From IMG/VR virus record IMGVR_UViG_3300034101_006340, positions 32,001 to 96,000 of that record: 64,000 bases of DNA; one strand, given 5' to 3'. Under the pieces are notes generated by a model. It had not been told where the DNA came from and did no database searches. It saw only the letters and a list, made by a program, of their open reading frames with translations. The number at the start of each line of letters is the position of its first letter. The stretch's first letter is position 1. This stretch comes from a virus. This document shows positions 18,725 through 27,352 of this stretch, piece after piece. A program made the position numbers and the translations under genes.

Positions 18725-19062
18725 TATATTGTTTTGATATCGATGGAACACTGTGTACTCAAACCGATGGTAATTATGATAATGCTATACCTATCCAGCA
18801 CAGAATTGATATAGTTAATAGTCTATACGAAAACGGAAACACCATCTATCTTTTAACCGCAAGAGGAATGACAAGATCAAAAAATAATACTGCTATAGCT
18901 TATGGAGAAATGTATTCCCTTACTAAAGAACAATTATCTAAATGGGGTCTCAAATATCATATGCTGTTTCTAGGAAAGCCTAAAGCAGATTATTACATAG
19001 ATGACAAAGCGATGATCGATACAAAGTTTTTCCATGATGGATCGAGCGAAGCAGGCTCTTGA
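18721..19062 (+). CDS. Small HAD phosphatase (capsule-biosynthesis EcbF/BcbF-like)
   Basis: CFDIDGTLC, LTARGM, GKPKADYYIDDKA. Confidence 0.8.
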   Translation: MIYCFDIDGTLCTQTDGNYDNAIPIQHRIDIVNSLYENGNTIYLLTARGMTRSKNNTAIAYGEMYSLTKEQLSKWGLKYHMLFLGKPKADYYIDDKAMIDTKFFHDGSSEAGS

Positions 19063-19087
19063 CAACCCAAACAAAGAACACTATAAT
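19059..19087 (+). promoter_or_regulatory. Perfect sigma70 consensus promoter; predicted leaderless transcript
   Basis: TTGACA (19059-19064), 17 nt, TATAAT (19082-19087), 6 nt, ATG (19094). Confidence 0.85.
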
Positions 19088-19093
19088 AGAGCC

Positions 19094-19561
19094 ATGAGAC
19101 CAAACTGGCAAAATTATTTTCTGGGACTGGCTAAGGTTGTATCACAACGAAGTCATGATATACACACCCAACATGGTTGTATAATCACAGATGCTCAAAA
19201 TAGAATCTTGGGCGTGGGGTATAATGGTTTTCCAAAAGGAATGAATGACACCACACTGCCCTTGACAAGACCAGAAAAATATCACTGGATGATACATGCA
19301 GAAAGAAATGCTTTATCTAATTGTGTTATTAGACCAGACAACGGTATAGCATACGTAACCGGCCAAAGTTGTAATGACTGCATTATGGCTTTATGGCAAG
19401 AAGGAATAGTCAAAGTTGTTATGGCTAAGTCTCATGGAACAAAATTATTTGATGAAGAAGCCCAAAAAAGATTCGATTTATTTGTTGAACAAAGCGGTAT
19501 TGTTATTGAAAAAATAGATACAGACTTTTCTTGGATCAAAAATTTATGTGGTGTATTATAA
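19094..19561 (+). CDS. dCMP deaminase
   Basis: MRPNWQNYF, GVGYNG, HAERNAL, SCNDC zinc ligands. The ORF-track start at 19034 would lie upstream of the promoter, so 19094 is preferred. Confidence 0.88.
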   Translation: MRPNWQNYFLGLAKVVSQRSHDIHTQHGCIITDAQNRILGVGYNGFPKGMNDTTLPLTRPEKYHWMIHAERNALSNCVIRPDNGIAYVTGQSCNDCIMALWQEGIVKVVMAKSHGTKLFDEEAQKRFDLFVEQSGIVIEKIDTDFSWIKNLCGVL

Positions 19562-19675
19562 AAATAATTTCATATATTATTGTTTCTGAAGCCCATTTTT
19601 CATTTGTCAATTATGATAAATAAATTATTCTCGTTATTTATGGGCATTATTAATTAAGATTTCTAAGGAGATAGT

Positions 19676-21874
19676 ATGTCTGCATTGAACGAATTACAAA
19701 ATTATACATTTGTTAGTAAGTATGCGAGATGGATCGAAGACAAAAAAAGAAGAGAAACTTGGAAAGAAGCCGTTGATCGCGTCAAAAATATGATGCACAC
19801 ATATTATGCCGATAAAAATATCAGCCAAGATATTGATTGGGCTTATGATCTAATGTTCAAAAAGAAAGTACTAGGCTCACAAAGAGCGCTTCAATTCGGT
19901 GGAGAGCCGATTCTAAAAAGACATGCTAAGATTTATAACTGCACAAGTTCGTATTGTGATAGACTACGCTTTTTTTCCGAGTGTTTTTGGCTGCTTTTAT
20001 GTGGTAGTGGCACAGGATTTAGCGTACAAAAGCACCATGTTGCGAAGCTTCCAGCCCTATCGAATAAAACAAAAGACTCCGATCAAGGTCTAAAATATAC
20101 AATAGATGATAGCATAGAAGGCTGGGCAGATGCCCTAGGAGTTTTATTAAGCTCGTATTTCGTAAAACCATCCGAACCTAAATTTAAAATGTATCAAGAT
20201 ACATATATAGTTTTTGATTATTCAAATATCCGTGAGAAGGGTTCTGCATTATCGTCTGGTGTTGGTAAAGCCCCCGGTTTCGAGCCTCTTCAGAACGGCC
20301 TAGAAAAAATCAGAAAACTATTAGATAGTTGTGTTGCTAATGGTCAGAAAAAACTTAGACCAATCGACGCATACGATATTATTATGCATAGCAGCGATGC
20401 CGTTTTATCTGGTGGTGTTCGTAGAAGTGCTTCTTTGGCCCTATTTAGTCCAGACGATGAGGAAATGGCTAAAGCCAAAACCGGCAACTGGTATATGGAT
20501 AATCCACAGAGAGCAAGAAGCAATAATTCTGCTCTTTTACTCAAGAATGATACTACCTTTGAACAATTTGCTAAATTGATGGAAAGCGTTAAAGAGTTTG
20601 GAGAACCAGGATTTATTTGGAGTGATTCCACCGAAATGACATTTAATCCATGTGTTGAGGTTGGCATGTGGCCGGTAGATGAAAAAAGTGGTGAGTCTGG
20701 TTGGCAAGGATGTAATTTATCAACTATTAATTGCTCCTCAGTAACAGACGAAGATGATTTCTATGAAAGATGTAAGGCGGCAGCCATTATTGGAACTCTA
20801 CAAGCCGGTTTTACAAATCTAGAATACCTTGGACAAACCAGTCAAAGAATTTTTGATCGTGAAGCTTTACTTGGCGTGTCATTAACAGGTATTATGGAAA
20901 AACACGATATTGTACTTACCGAAAAAGTATTAAAACAAGGTGCAAAAATTGCCGTAGACACTAATAAGATTATGTCTCAAAAAATTGGTATTAATCAAGC
21001 TGCTCGTGTTACTTGTTTGAAACCCGAAGGCACTAGCAGTAGTATGCTTGGAACAAGTTCAGGTATTCATCCTCACCATGCCAAGCGATATATAAGACAT
21101 GTACAAGCCAATATTTTAGAAGCGCCATACCAACATTTTAAAAAATTAAACCCGCAAGCTTGTGAAAAATCTTCTTGGTCGGCCAATAATACTGATGAGG
21201 TAATAAAATTTCCAATAGAAGTACCAGATGGAGCTAAACTAAAAAATCAATTACCGGCAACAGAAATGCTAACAGTAGTAAAAGAAACACAAAAAAACTG
21301 GGTGTATTCTGGTAAAAACAGATCATTATGTACTCAAGACTATTTAAGTCATAATGTTAGCAATACTGTTACCGTCAAGCCAGATGAATGGCAAGATGTT
21401 ACAAAGTATATCTATACTAATCGTAAATATTTTGCTGGTATTAGTCTAATTCCTCAAAGCGGAGACAAAGACTATCCTCAAGCGCCATTTACCACCGTAT
21501 ATACAAGTAGAGAAATTGTTAAGGAATATGGGGATGCCGCTTTATGGTGCTCCGGTCTTATAGAACTAGCACTAAATTCTTTTAATCACAACTTATGGGC
21601 AGCTTGTGATTATGTGAATATGAATCAAGCTAAAGAGAATGATAGCGATGATAAGTTGAAGTTTATAACAAAAATGAAAAACTTTGCTGGAAAATATTTT
21701 AATGGAGACGTTAAACGTTTAACCTATTGCATGAAGGACGTGTATAACTGGAAATTATACTGTGATCTATATAATAGTTTCACTAAAGTTGATTATACGC
21801 AACTATCAGAAGTAGAGGATAATACTACTGGTATAGAGGAAATTAGTTGTGCTGGCGGCGCTTGTTTAATTTAA
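19676..21874 (+). CDS. nrdJ: Class II (adenosylcobalamin-dependent) ribonucleotide reductase, RTPR-like
   Basis: NCTS, GSGTGFSV, GGVRRSA, RSNNS, NPCVEV, GCNLST, KPEGT, C-terminal CAGGAC; AAGGAG SD; no intein; no small subunit nearby. Confidence 0.9.
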   Translation: MSALNELQNYTFVSKYARWIEDKKRRETWKEAVDRVKNMMHTYYADKNISQDIDWAYDLMFKKKVLGSQRALQFGGEPILKRHAKIYNCTSSYCDRLRFFSECFWLLLCGSGTGFSVQKHHVAKLPALSNKTKDSDQGLKYTIDDSIEGWADALGVLLSSYFVKPSEPKFKMYQDTYIVFDYSNIREKGSALSSGVGKAPGFEPLQNGLEKIRKLLDSCVANGQKKLRPIDAYDIIMHSSDAVLSGGVRRSASLALFSPDDEEMAKAKTGNWYMDNPQRARSNNSALLLKNDTTFEQFAKLMESVKEFGEPGFIWSDSTEMTFNPCVEVGMWPVDEKSGESGWQGCNLSTINCSSVTDEDDFYERCKAAAIIGTLQAGFTNLEYLGQTSQRIFDREALLGVSLTGIMEKHDIVLTEKVLKQGAKIAVDTNKIMSQKIGINQAARVTCLKPEGTSSSMLGTSSGIHPHHAKRYIRHVQANILEAPYQHFKKLNPQACEKSSWSANNTDEVIKFPIEVPDGAKLKNQLPATEMLTVVKETQKNWVYSGKNRSLCTQDYLSHNVSNTVTVKPDEWQDVTKYIYTNRKYFAGISLIPQSGDKDYPQAPFTTVYTSREIVKEYGDAALWCSGLIELALNSFNHNLWAACDYVNMNQAKENDSDDKLKFITKMKNFAGKYFNGDVKRLTYCMKDVYNWKLYCDLYNSFTKVDYTQLSEVEDNTTGIEEISCAGGACLI

Positions 21875-21895
21875 TTCTATACGAGAGGCACTACA

Positions 21896-22618
21896 TTGAG
21901 AAAAAAAACAAGAAAGAACAAAGAAAATATTCTAGACCTTACTAATAAGATTGTTCAAGATGAAATTGTCTGCAATTTTAAAAATAAACTAAAACCAAGA
22001 AGTAAAAATCAAGCAGAGTATGTGAGAACTGCTGCTGAGAATATTATTACTTTTTGCCAAGGAGTAGCTGGCAGTGGTAAAACCCATATTGCTATAGGAA
22101 TGGCCTTAGAATATTTATTAGATCATAAAGTAGAACGCATAATTATTACCAGGCCTGTTGTAGAAGCAGGAGAAAAGATAGGATATTTACCCGGAACAGC
22201 AGAAGAAAAAATTCATCCGTATTTATTACCTATACTAGATGAAATTAATCATTTTATATCAATACAGACTTATACAAAATTAAAAATTACAAACAGAATA
22301 GAAGTTGTGCCTCTTGGACTAATGAGAGGAAGAAGTTTTCACAAGTGTTTTATAGTTGCCGATGAGTGTCAAAATGCATCTTACGACCAGCTAAAAATGC
22401 TATTGACACGAATTGGGATAGACAGTAAAATGATATTGACCGGAGACACAGCACAATCCGATTTACAAAAACACCAAAGGGGTGGATTTGCAGATATGAT
22501 TAGGGTTCTTGGCGATCTTAATCATTTAGGTTTTGTAAAATTATCTACATCAGACATTGTTAGAAATCCAATTATCGGTGATATTATTAATCGCTTAGAT
22601 TCGTATGAGCAAACATAA
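21896..22618 (+). CDS. phoH: PhoH-like ATPase
   Basis: GVAGSGKT, ITRP, GYLPG, MRGRSF, ADECQN, LTRIG, GDTAQSD, VRN; TTG start with a GAGG SD. Confidence 0.93.
   Translation: MRKKTRKNKENILDLTNKIVQDEIVCNFKNKLKPRSKNQAEYVRTAAENIITFCQGVAGSGKTHIAIGMALEYLLDHKVERIIITRPVVEAGEKIGYLPGTAEEKIHPYLLPILDEINHFISIQTYTKLKITNRIEVVPLGLMRGRSFHKCFIVADECQNASYDQLKMLLTRIGIDSKMILTGDTAQSDLQKHQRGGFADMIRVLGDLNHLGFVKLSTSDIVRNPIIGDIINRLDSYEQT
22403..22431 (+). promoter_or_regulatory. Possible internal sigma70 promoter within phoH
   Basis: TTGACA, 17 nt, TAAAAT; it coincides with the conserved LTRIG..SK codons, so it may be incidental. Confidence 0.35.
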
Positions 22619-23165
22619 GTCTTGTTTAGTATTAAATGCTGATTATTCACCCATTGGAATCATAGACTGGCAAAGAGCTATGATTTGGTATTATCGATAT
22701 TATAATAATACTAAGCCCAGTATTGATATTGTAGAGTATCATGATAATGACTATGTAATAGGTATTGATCAAAAATTTAGTTTGCCGGCCGTTATCAAAA
22801 CTACTCGTTATTTTAGAATAAATAATTCATCAGTAAATTTTTCTCGAAAAAATCTTTTTATCAGAGATAATCATACTTGTCAATATTGTGGATGTTCGTA
22901 TAGTATTAATCAATTAACATATGATCATATAATACCAAAATCACAATGGACAAAAGATAGCTCGCCCACAACATGGACTAATATAGTAACGGCATGTAGA
23001 AAATGCAATGCTAAAAAAGGAAATAAAACACCTTCTCAAGCAAATATGCCACTCATTAATAAGCCCTATGTTCCACAAAAAGCACCCAAATACTTGCCAC
23101 TGTACAGCGAACTGCTTACTATATCACATGATATTCCAAAACCGTGGCTGATATATATCCAATAA
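22605..23165 (+). CDS. HNH endonuclease (McrA-like)
   Basis: LVLNADY, RDNHTCQYCG, TYDHIIPKS, NIVTACRKCNAKK. Confidence 0.9.
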   Translation: MSKHKSCLVLNADYSPIGIIDWQRAMIWYYRYYNNTKPSIDIVEYHDNDYVIGIDQKFSLPAVIKTTRYFRINNSSVNFSRKNLFIRDNHTCQYCGCSYSINQLTYDHIIPKSQWTKDSSPTTWTNIVTACRKCNAKKGNKTPSQANMPLINKPYVPQKAPKYLPLYSELLTISHDIPKPWLIYIQ

Positions 23166-23166
23166 T

Positions 23167-23520
23167 ATGCCTGTTTATAGCTATAAATGTGATAAGTGTG
23201 ATGGTAGTTTTGAATTGTTTTTTTCTATTAGGGAATATCAGGAATCCCCTAGGTGTGCTCTGTGTTCCTCCAAAAACACCACCAGACAATACATAGCAGA
23301 TGCAGCTACCATAAACACATCTGTTAAAAAATCCGATTCAGAACTCAAAACTATTGGCGATTTGGCAAATAGAAATAGAGATAAACTATCACAGGATGAA
23401 AAAGAAGCCTTGTTTAAAAAACACAACGATTATAAACTACAAGAATCAACCAAAGAACTACCAAAAGGAATGTCTAGAATAAAGAAGCCAACACAAAAAA
23501 CAAAATGGAGAAATAAATAA
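23167..23520 (+). CDS. FmdB-family zinc-ribbon protein
   Basis: MPVYSYKCDKC...FE...CALCSS. Confidence 0.8.
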   Translation: MPVYSYKCDKCDGSFELFFSIREYQESPRCALCSSKNTTRQYIADAATINTSVKKSDSELKTIGDLANRNRDKLSQDEKEALFKKHNDYKLQESTKELPKGMSRIKKPTQKTKWRNK

Positions 23521-23910
23521 ATGTCTATATTTAGTAATAATAATGTTTTTGGAACAAAAAATACTAGAGAAAATGTTGAGCTATATACTATGGCTGGAGA
23601 AGAGGATGATATCAATCATGGCATCCCTACTAGGAATAATGACGATGACAAAGTATATGCTAAAAAAATTCAACGTTCTGATGCTTCCTTAAAGTATCTT
23701 ATACGATTAGATCCATCGGCTAAATTATTTAATCCTTTATCTATTTATGATCAAACAGACAAAAGACCCGTCACAGAATTTTTGAACTCTGTTTGTCGCA
23801 CCAATAAAAAATTCAAAGAAGTAAATAGTAAAACCTTCGAACTATATTTAAAATTTTTATCAACTAAAAATATTTCATGGCTACATAACGCTGAAAGAGA
23901 GATATTATAA
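23521..23910 (+). CDS. Hypothetical protein
   Basis: 129-aa ORF abutting both neighbours on the coding strand. Confidence 0.7.
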   Translation: MSIFSNNNVFGTKNTRENVELYTMAGEEDDINHGIPTRNNDDDKVYAKKIQRSDASLKYLIRLDPSAKLFNPLSIYDQTDKRPVTEFLNSVCRTNKKFKEVNSKTFELYLKFLSTKNISWLHNAEREIL

Positions 23911-24236
23911 TGAATAAAATAACTAATTTGCATAAATATGCAATATTATGGTTAAACAGTCAAAATTTATCGGTGGAAGCTATAGGTGAGGAGCTAAAAT
24001 TAACAGATAAACAAATTCAGAATGTTTTAAATAAACATATCACCAGTTCTACTATCAATAACAAAACAGAGACTGTGAAATCAAAAATAAAAGATCTAAT
24101 GATAACCGACAGCGCCTCTGCTAAACACAAGGTTACTATTATGACCAAGGCGGCTTCGGAAGTTGCCGATGAAAGTAAAAAAAGTAATATACCCACGCCT
24201 TCAAATAAACCATATATTTTTAAGCCATCTAATTAA
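23910..24236 (+). CDS. Hypothetical protein with N-terminal helix-turn-helix
   Basis: LSVEAIGEELKLTDKQIQNVL resembles an HTH; TAATG overlap. Confidence 0.55.
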   Translation: MNKITNLHKYAILWLNSQNLSVEAIGEELKLTDKQIQNVLNKHITSSTINNKTETVKSKIKDLMITDSASAKHKVTIMTKAASEVADESKKSNIPTPSNKPYIFKPSN

Positions 24237-24238
24237 TT

Positions 24239-24661
24239 ATGACAAACAAAGATATTTTTAAAGATATTTTATCTGAATCCGAAATCGAAACACTTATAAC
24301 TCTTCAAGAAAAAATTCAATCCAAGTTATCTGAAAAAGTAACAGAAAACACAGAATCTAATCTTTTAGAAAATTTCGATTCATCTTCTCCTTACGCATTT
24401 GATGAAATAAATAAACCAAACCATCTTTCAAATGAAAATCGTGAGTTGATTTTTTATGTTAGAGCAGAAGTTAGTTCCATAGATTATGAAAACCATAAAT
24501 ATTTATCACTAGATCAATGTTTAGATGAATCTTTTCATATTCCCATACCGTCTGGTACTAATTTAGATAATAAGATTAATGAATTCATGAATATTATTGA
24601 AAATAGTCTAAATGATTTGGCAAAAAAAATACATAAACCACAAGATGGAAAAAACAAATAA
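24239..24661 (+). CDS. Hypothetical acidic protein
   Basis: 140-aa ORF within the operon. Confidence 0.65.
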   Translation: MTNKDIFKDILSESEIETLITLQEKIQSKLSEKVTENTESNLLENFDSSSPYAFDEINKPNHLSNENRELIFYVRAEVSSIDYENHKYLSLDQCLDESFHIPIPSGTNLDNKINEFMNIIENSLNDLAKKIHKPQDGKNK

Positions 24662-25073
24662 ATATATATCAAGATACTCTAATAATAAATCAGTATCTGA
24701 AGCTCAGTACATTACTGAGTTAATTTGTGAAAAAAAAGCCAAGTTAGAAAAAACAGATCTTCATTTTCGTTTTTGGTTATCAAAAAAATGGAGTGCTTTT
24801 TTTCGTAATCAAATTGCTTCCGCCAATAAGCTACTGTCTCAATATAGTGCTAAAGCTATTGTATCAGCGCTGTTAGATAGCAGAGCAGATAAAATTTTTT
24901 CATTGCGAGCGCCGCACCTCAAACCTATCATAGAAGAGAAAGAAGATATTCTACAGTCTACTAACAACCAATTAACAAAGGATATTTCTCGTAAATCAGA
25001 TGTTTCTTTTGGGCGTATAAATAAATCTAACAATATACTTTCTAGACTAGAGGACATAGACAATGACAGTTAA
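24645..25073 (+). CDS. Hypothetical protein
   Basis: ORF directly upstream of recA; the start at MEKTNKY is preferred over 24612. Confidence 0.65.
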   Translation: MEKTNKYISRYSNNKSVSEAQYITELICEKKAKLEKTDLHFRFWLSKKWSAFFRNQIASANKLLSQYSAKAIVSALLDSRADKIFSLRAPHLKPIIEEKEDILQSTNNQLTKDISRKSDVSFGRINKSNNILSRLEDIDNDS

Positions 25074-26082
25074 AGAGGATGTTAAGAAAAATTTTGGTGC
25101 CGACATCATATTGTCTGCTACGTCAATAGTAGATAAAGATTTAATTACTATACCGGTTAGTCCATCATTAGATATTGTTCTCAATGGTGGTATTCCAGAA
25201 GGCAGTTTCGTAATCTTTACTGGACAACCAAAATGCGGAAAAACCACAACCTCATTAGACTTCGCTGCTACGGCACAAAAACCAGAATATCAAGGAGATC
25301 TTAAAAAACCAAGGCATGTGTATTACCTAAATATCGAAGGTAGATTGAAAAAAAGAGATCTTGAAGGCATACCTGGATTAGATCTTAATAGATTTGATGT
25401 TATAGGATCTCAACAAGGCAAAATTTTACACGCAGAAGAATATCTTCAAATAGCAGAAAGATTGATTAACGAAGAACCTGGGTGTGTTCTTATCATCGAC
25501 TCATATTCTGCTTTATGTACTGAAGCAGAAATTACTAGCGATATGGATAAAATGCAAAGAGCTGATGGCGCAAAATTATTAGCTAAGTTTTGTAGAAAAG
25601 TAGCTAACGTTATTCCTGTTAATAAAAATATTGTTATTGGTATCACTCATCTTATGGGTAATCCTGGATACGGTAATGTTGAGTGGAAAGAAAAGAGTGG
25701 TCAGGCCATAGCATATCAAACAGACGTAAAACTAAAAGCAAAAATGTTCACCGCTTGGAGAGCAACTGCTGAAGGTCCGCAAATTGGGCAAGAAGTAGAT
25801 TGGCAAGTGTTGTGTTCTGCATTGGGGCCTCCGGGTGGAACCATAAAAAGCTATATACGATATGGTTTTGGAATAGATAAAGCCATGGAACTGGCTATGC
25901 TTTGTATAGATTTTGGACTTATAAATAAAAGCGGGGCTTGGTATACTTTAACATCAGTAGAAGACAAACCCAAATTTCAAGGCACCGAAAAAATAAGACA
26001 ATATATCTATGATAATCCAGAGGTATTTAAAAGCTTATCAGAAGCACTATATGAAACTATGGGCATCAAATGCAGCAAGTAA
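25063..26082 (+). CDS. recA: RecA/UvsX-like recombinase
   Basis: SLDIVLNGGIPEG, GQPKCGKTT Walker A, LIIDSYSAL Walker B, SGGQ-like SGQAIAY, GFGID, KSGAWY, KFQG. Confidence 0.92.
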   Translation: MTVKEDVKKNFGADIILSATSIVDKDLITIPVSPSLDIVLNGGIPEGSFVIFTGQPKCGKTTTSLDFAATAQKPEYQGDLKKPRHVYYLNIEGRLKKRDLEGIPGLDLNRFDVIGSQQGKILHAEEYLQIAERLINEEPGCVLIIDSYSALCTEAEITSDMDKMQRADGAKLLAKFCRKVANVIPVNKNIVIGITHLMGNPGYGNVEWKEKSGQAIAYQTDVKLKAKMFTAWRATAEGPQIGQEVDWQVLCSALGPPGGTIKSYIRYGFGIDKAMELAMLCIDFGLINKSGAWYTLTSVEDKPKFQGTEKIRQYIYDNPEVFKSLSEALYETMGIKCSK

Positions 26083-26492
26083 TTGATCTAGATGGTAATA
26101 CTCAAAATTGGAGCTTGACAGGAGGCATAGCCCATGGTAAAATGAATAATAAGTCCGATCTGCATTTAAAAGCTCGTGGACTATTAAAAGAATGTTTTCC
26201 AACTTTTCAGATTTTGGAAGAACTTCCAATACCGCTCAGAAAATCGGAAACATTATATCTAGATTTTTATTTACCTCTACTTAAAAAATGCATAGAAGTA
26301 CATGGATCTCAACACTATAAATTTACGGCATTTTACCATGTTAATATGATGGGATTTGCTAAACATAAAAAAAGAGACAAAGAAAAACAGGAGTGGTGTG
26401 AAATAAATAATATTGAATACATAGAACTGCCTTTTGACAAAACTATTGAAGAATGGAAAGAAATAATAACAAATGAATACAAAAACCAGTAA
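26070..26492 (+). CDS. Restriction endonuclease-like (PD-(D/E)XK/Vsr-like) nuclease
   Basis: LYLDFYLP...IEVHGSQHY...DKEKQEWC...IEYIELP. Confidence 0.7.
   Translation: MQQVIDLDGNTQNWSLTGGIAHGKMNNKSDLHLKARGLLKECFPTFQILEELPIPLRKSETLYLDFYLPLLKKCIEVHGSQHYKFTAFYHVNMMGFAKHKKRDKEKQEWCEINNIEYIELPFDKTIEEWKEIITNEYKNQ
26115..26143 (+). promoter_or_regulatory. Internal sigma70 promoter with extended -10
   Basis: cTTGACA (26115-26120), 17 nt ending in TGG, TAAAAT (26138-26143); upstream of the helicase/primase genes. Confidence 0.55.
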
Positions 26493-26964
26493 AGAAGAAG
26501 TATCAGAATGGGATAAAATTCTGGACGAATACGAAACCTCTGTCGGTATGCCAAAATATGTATCAGATTCTATGCCGGAATCCGAGCTTAATGACTATCT
26601 TACGATGTCACGAGACTCTTTAGAAAAATTAACTGTTGAAGACTGCGGACAAATAGCGTATCGATTGGGCCAATTTGCTTTCCATATACAGCGTACTATT
26701 AATAGAGAAACGGCAAGATTTAATTGGGCAGAGGAAACAATTAAAGAAATTATTGCTGACGATATTAATAACTATAAGGGATATGGTTATGTGGAAAAAT
26801 CTTCACAGGCTATCAAACACAATGACAAAGCAGCTTCTTTGCAAAAAATAAAGAAATATGCTAAACAAAGATCCGACAGGTTAACATATATAGCTTCGTC
26901 AGTTAAAAACTTATCAGATATTTTACTTTCTATTATAAGACTTAAGGGTATGAAACATGGATAA
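26473..26964 (+). CDS. Helical hypothetical protein, possibly a UvsY-like recombination mediator
   Basis: 163 aa, predicted coiled-coil character, lying between recA and dnaB. Confidence 0.4.
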   Translation: MNTKTSKEEVSEWDKILDEYETSVGMPKYVSDSMPESELNDYLTMSRDSLEKLTVEDCGQIAYRLGQFAFHIQRTINRETARFNWAEETIKEIIADDINNYKGYGYVEKSSQAIKHNDKAASLQKIKKYAKQRSDRLTYIASSVKNLSDILLSIIRLKGMKHG

Positions 26965-27352
26965 TTTATCTCCAGATCAGATCAAACAGATGATTAGTAT
27001 GTTGCAGGCTATGCTTACAAAGGATACTATATCTGAGCCAAATGATGAGCCCGCACAATCCACTCAACAACAAACGAATATAATTAAAACTGTTTCTCCA
27101 AGACAAGTTAATAAAACTGGAAACCTCGTCAATAGATTCGATGAGATGATGGAGTCTAAACTACATCAAGAAGATAGGGCTATAGATCAAGCATTATCTG
27201 TACATTCTCCAACCCCAAGAAACAGAAGATCTTTTGATCCAATAAATGTAGTATGTAGAGTATGTGGAAGAAAAGATTCTGTTAATCCGTCTATGTTGTC
27301 GGATTCTCCAAGTAGATATAAGTGTAATAGTTGCGCTAGGAGCCCAGGATGA
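26957..27352 (+). CDS. Hypothetical protein with C-terminal zinc ribbon
   Basis: CRVCG...YKCNSC. Confidence 0.65.
   Translation: MDNLSPDQIKQMISMLQAMLTKDTISEPNDEPAQSTQQQTNIIKTVSPRQVNKTGNLVNRFDEMMESKLHQEDRAIDQALSVHSPTPRNRRSFDPINVVCRVCGRKDSVNPSMLSDSPSRYKCNSCARSPG

Noticed and set aside
3751-19062. Reading the sugar cluster as a bacterial LPS/capsule locus
   Set aside because: There are no flippase, polymerase, ABC exporter or lipid A genes. Composition and gene packing match the phage flanks, and it is coupled to phage genes on both sides. A chimeric assembly cannot be fully excluded without reads.
19562-19675. Cobalamin riboswitch or NrdR box upstream of nrdJ
   Set aside because: The gap is only 114 nt and very AT-rich, with no recognisable riboswitch core or NrdR-box pair. 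A GCCCAT/ATGGGC inverted pair is present but too short to interpret.
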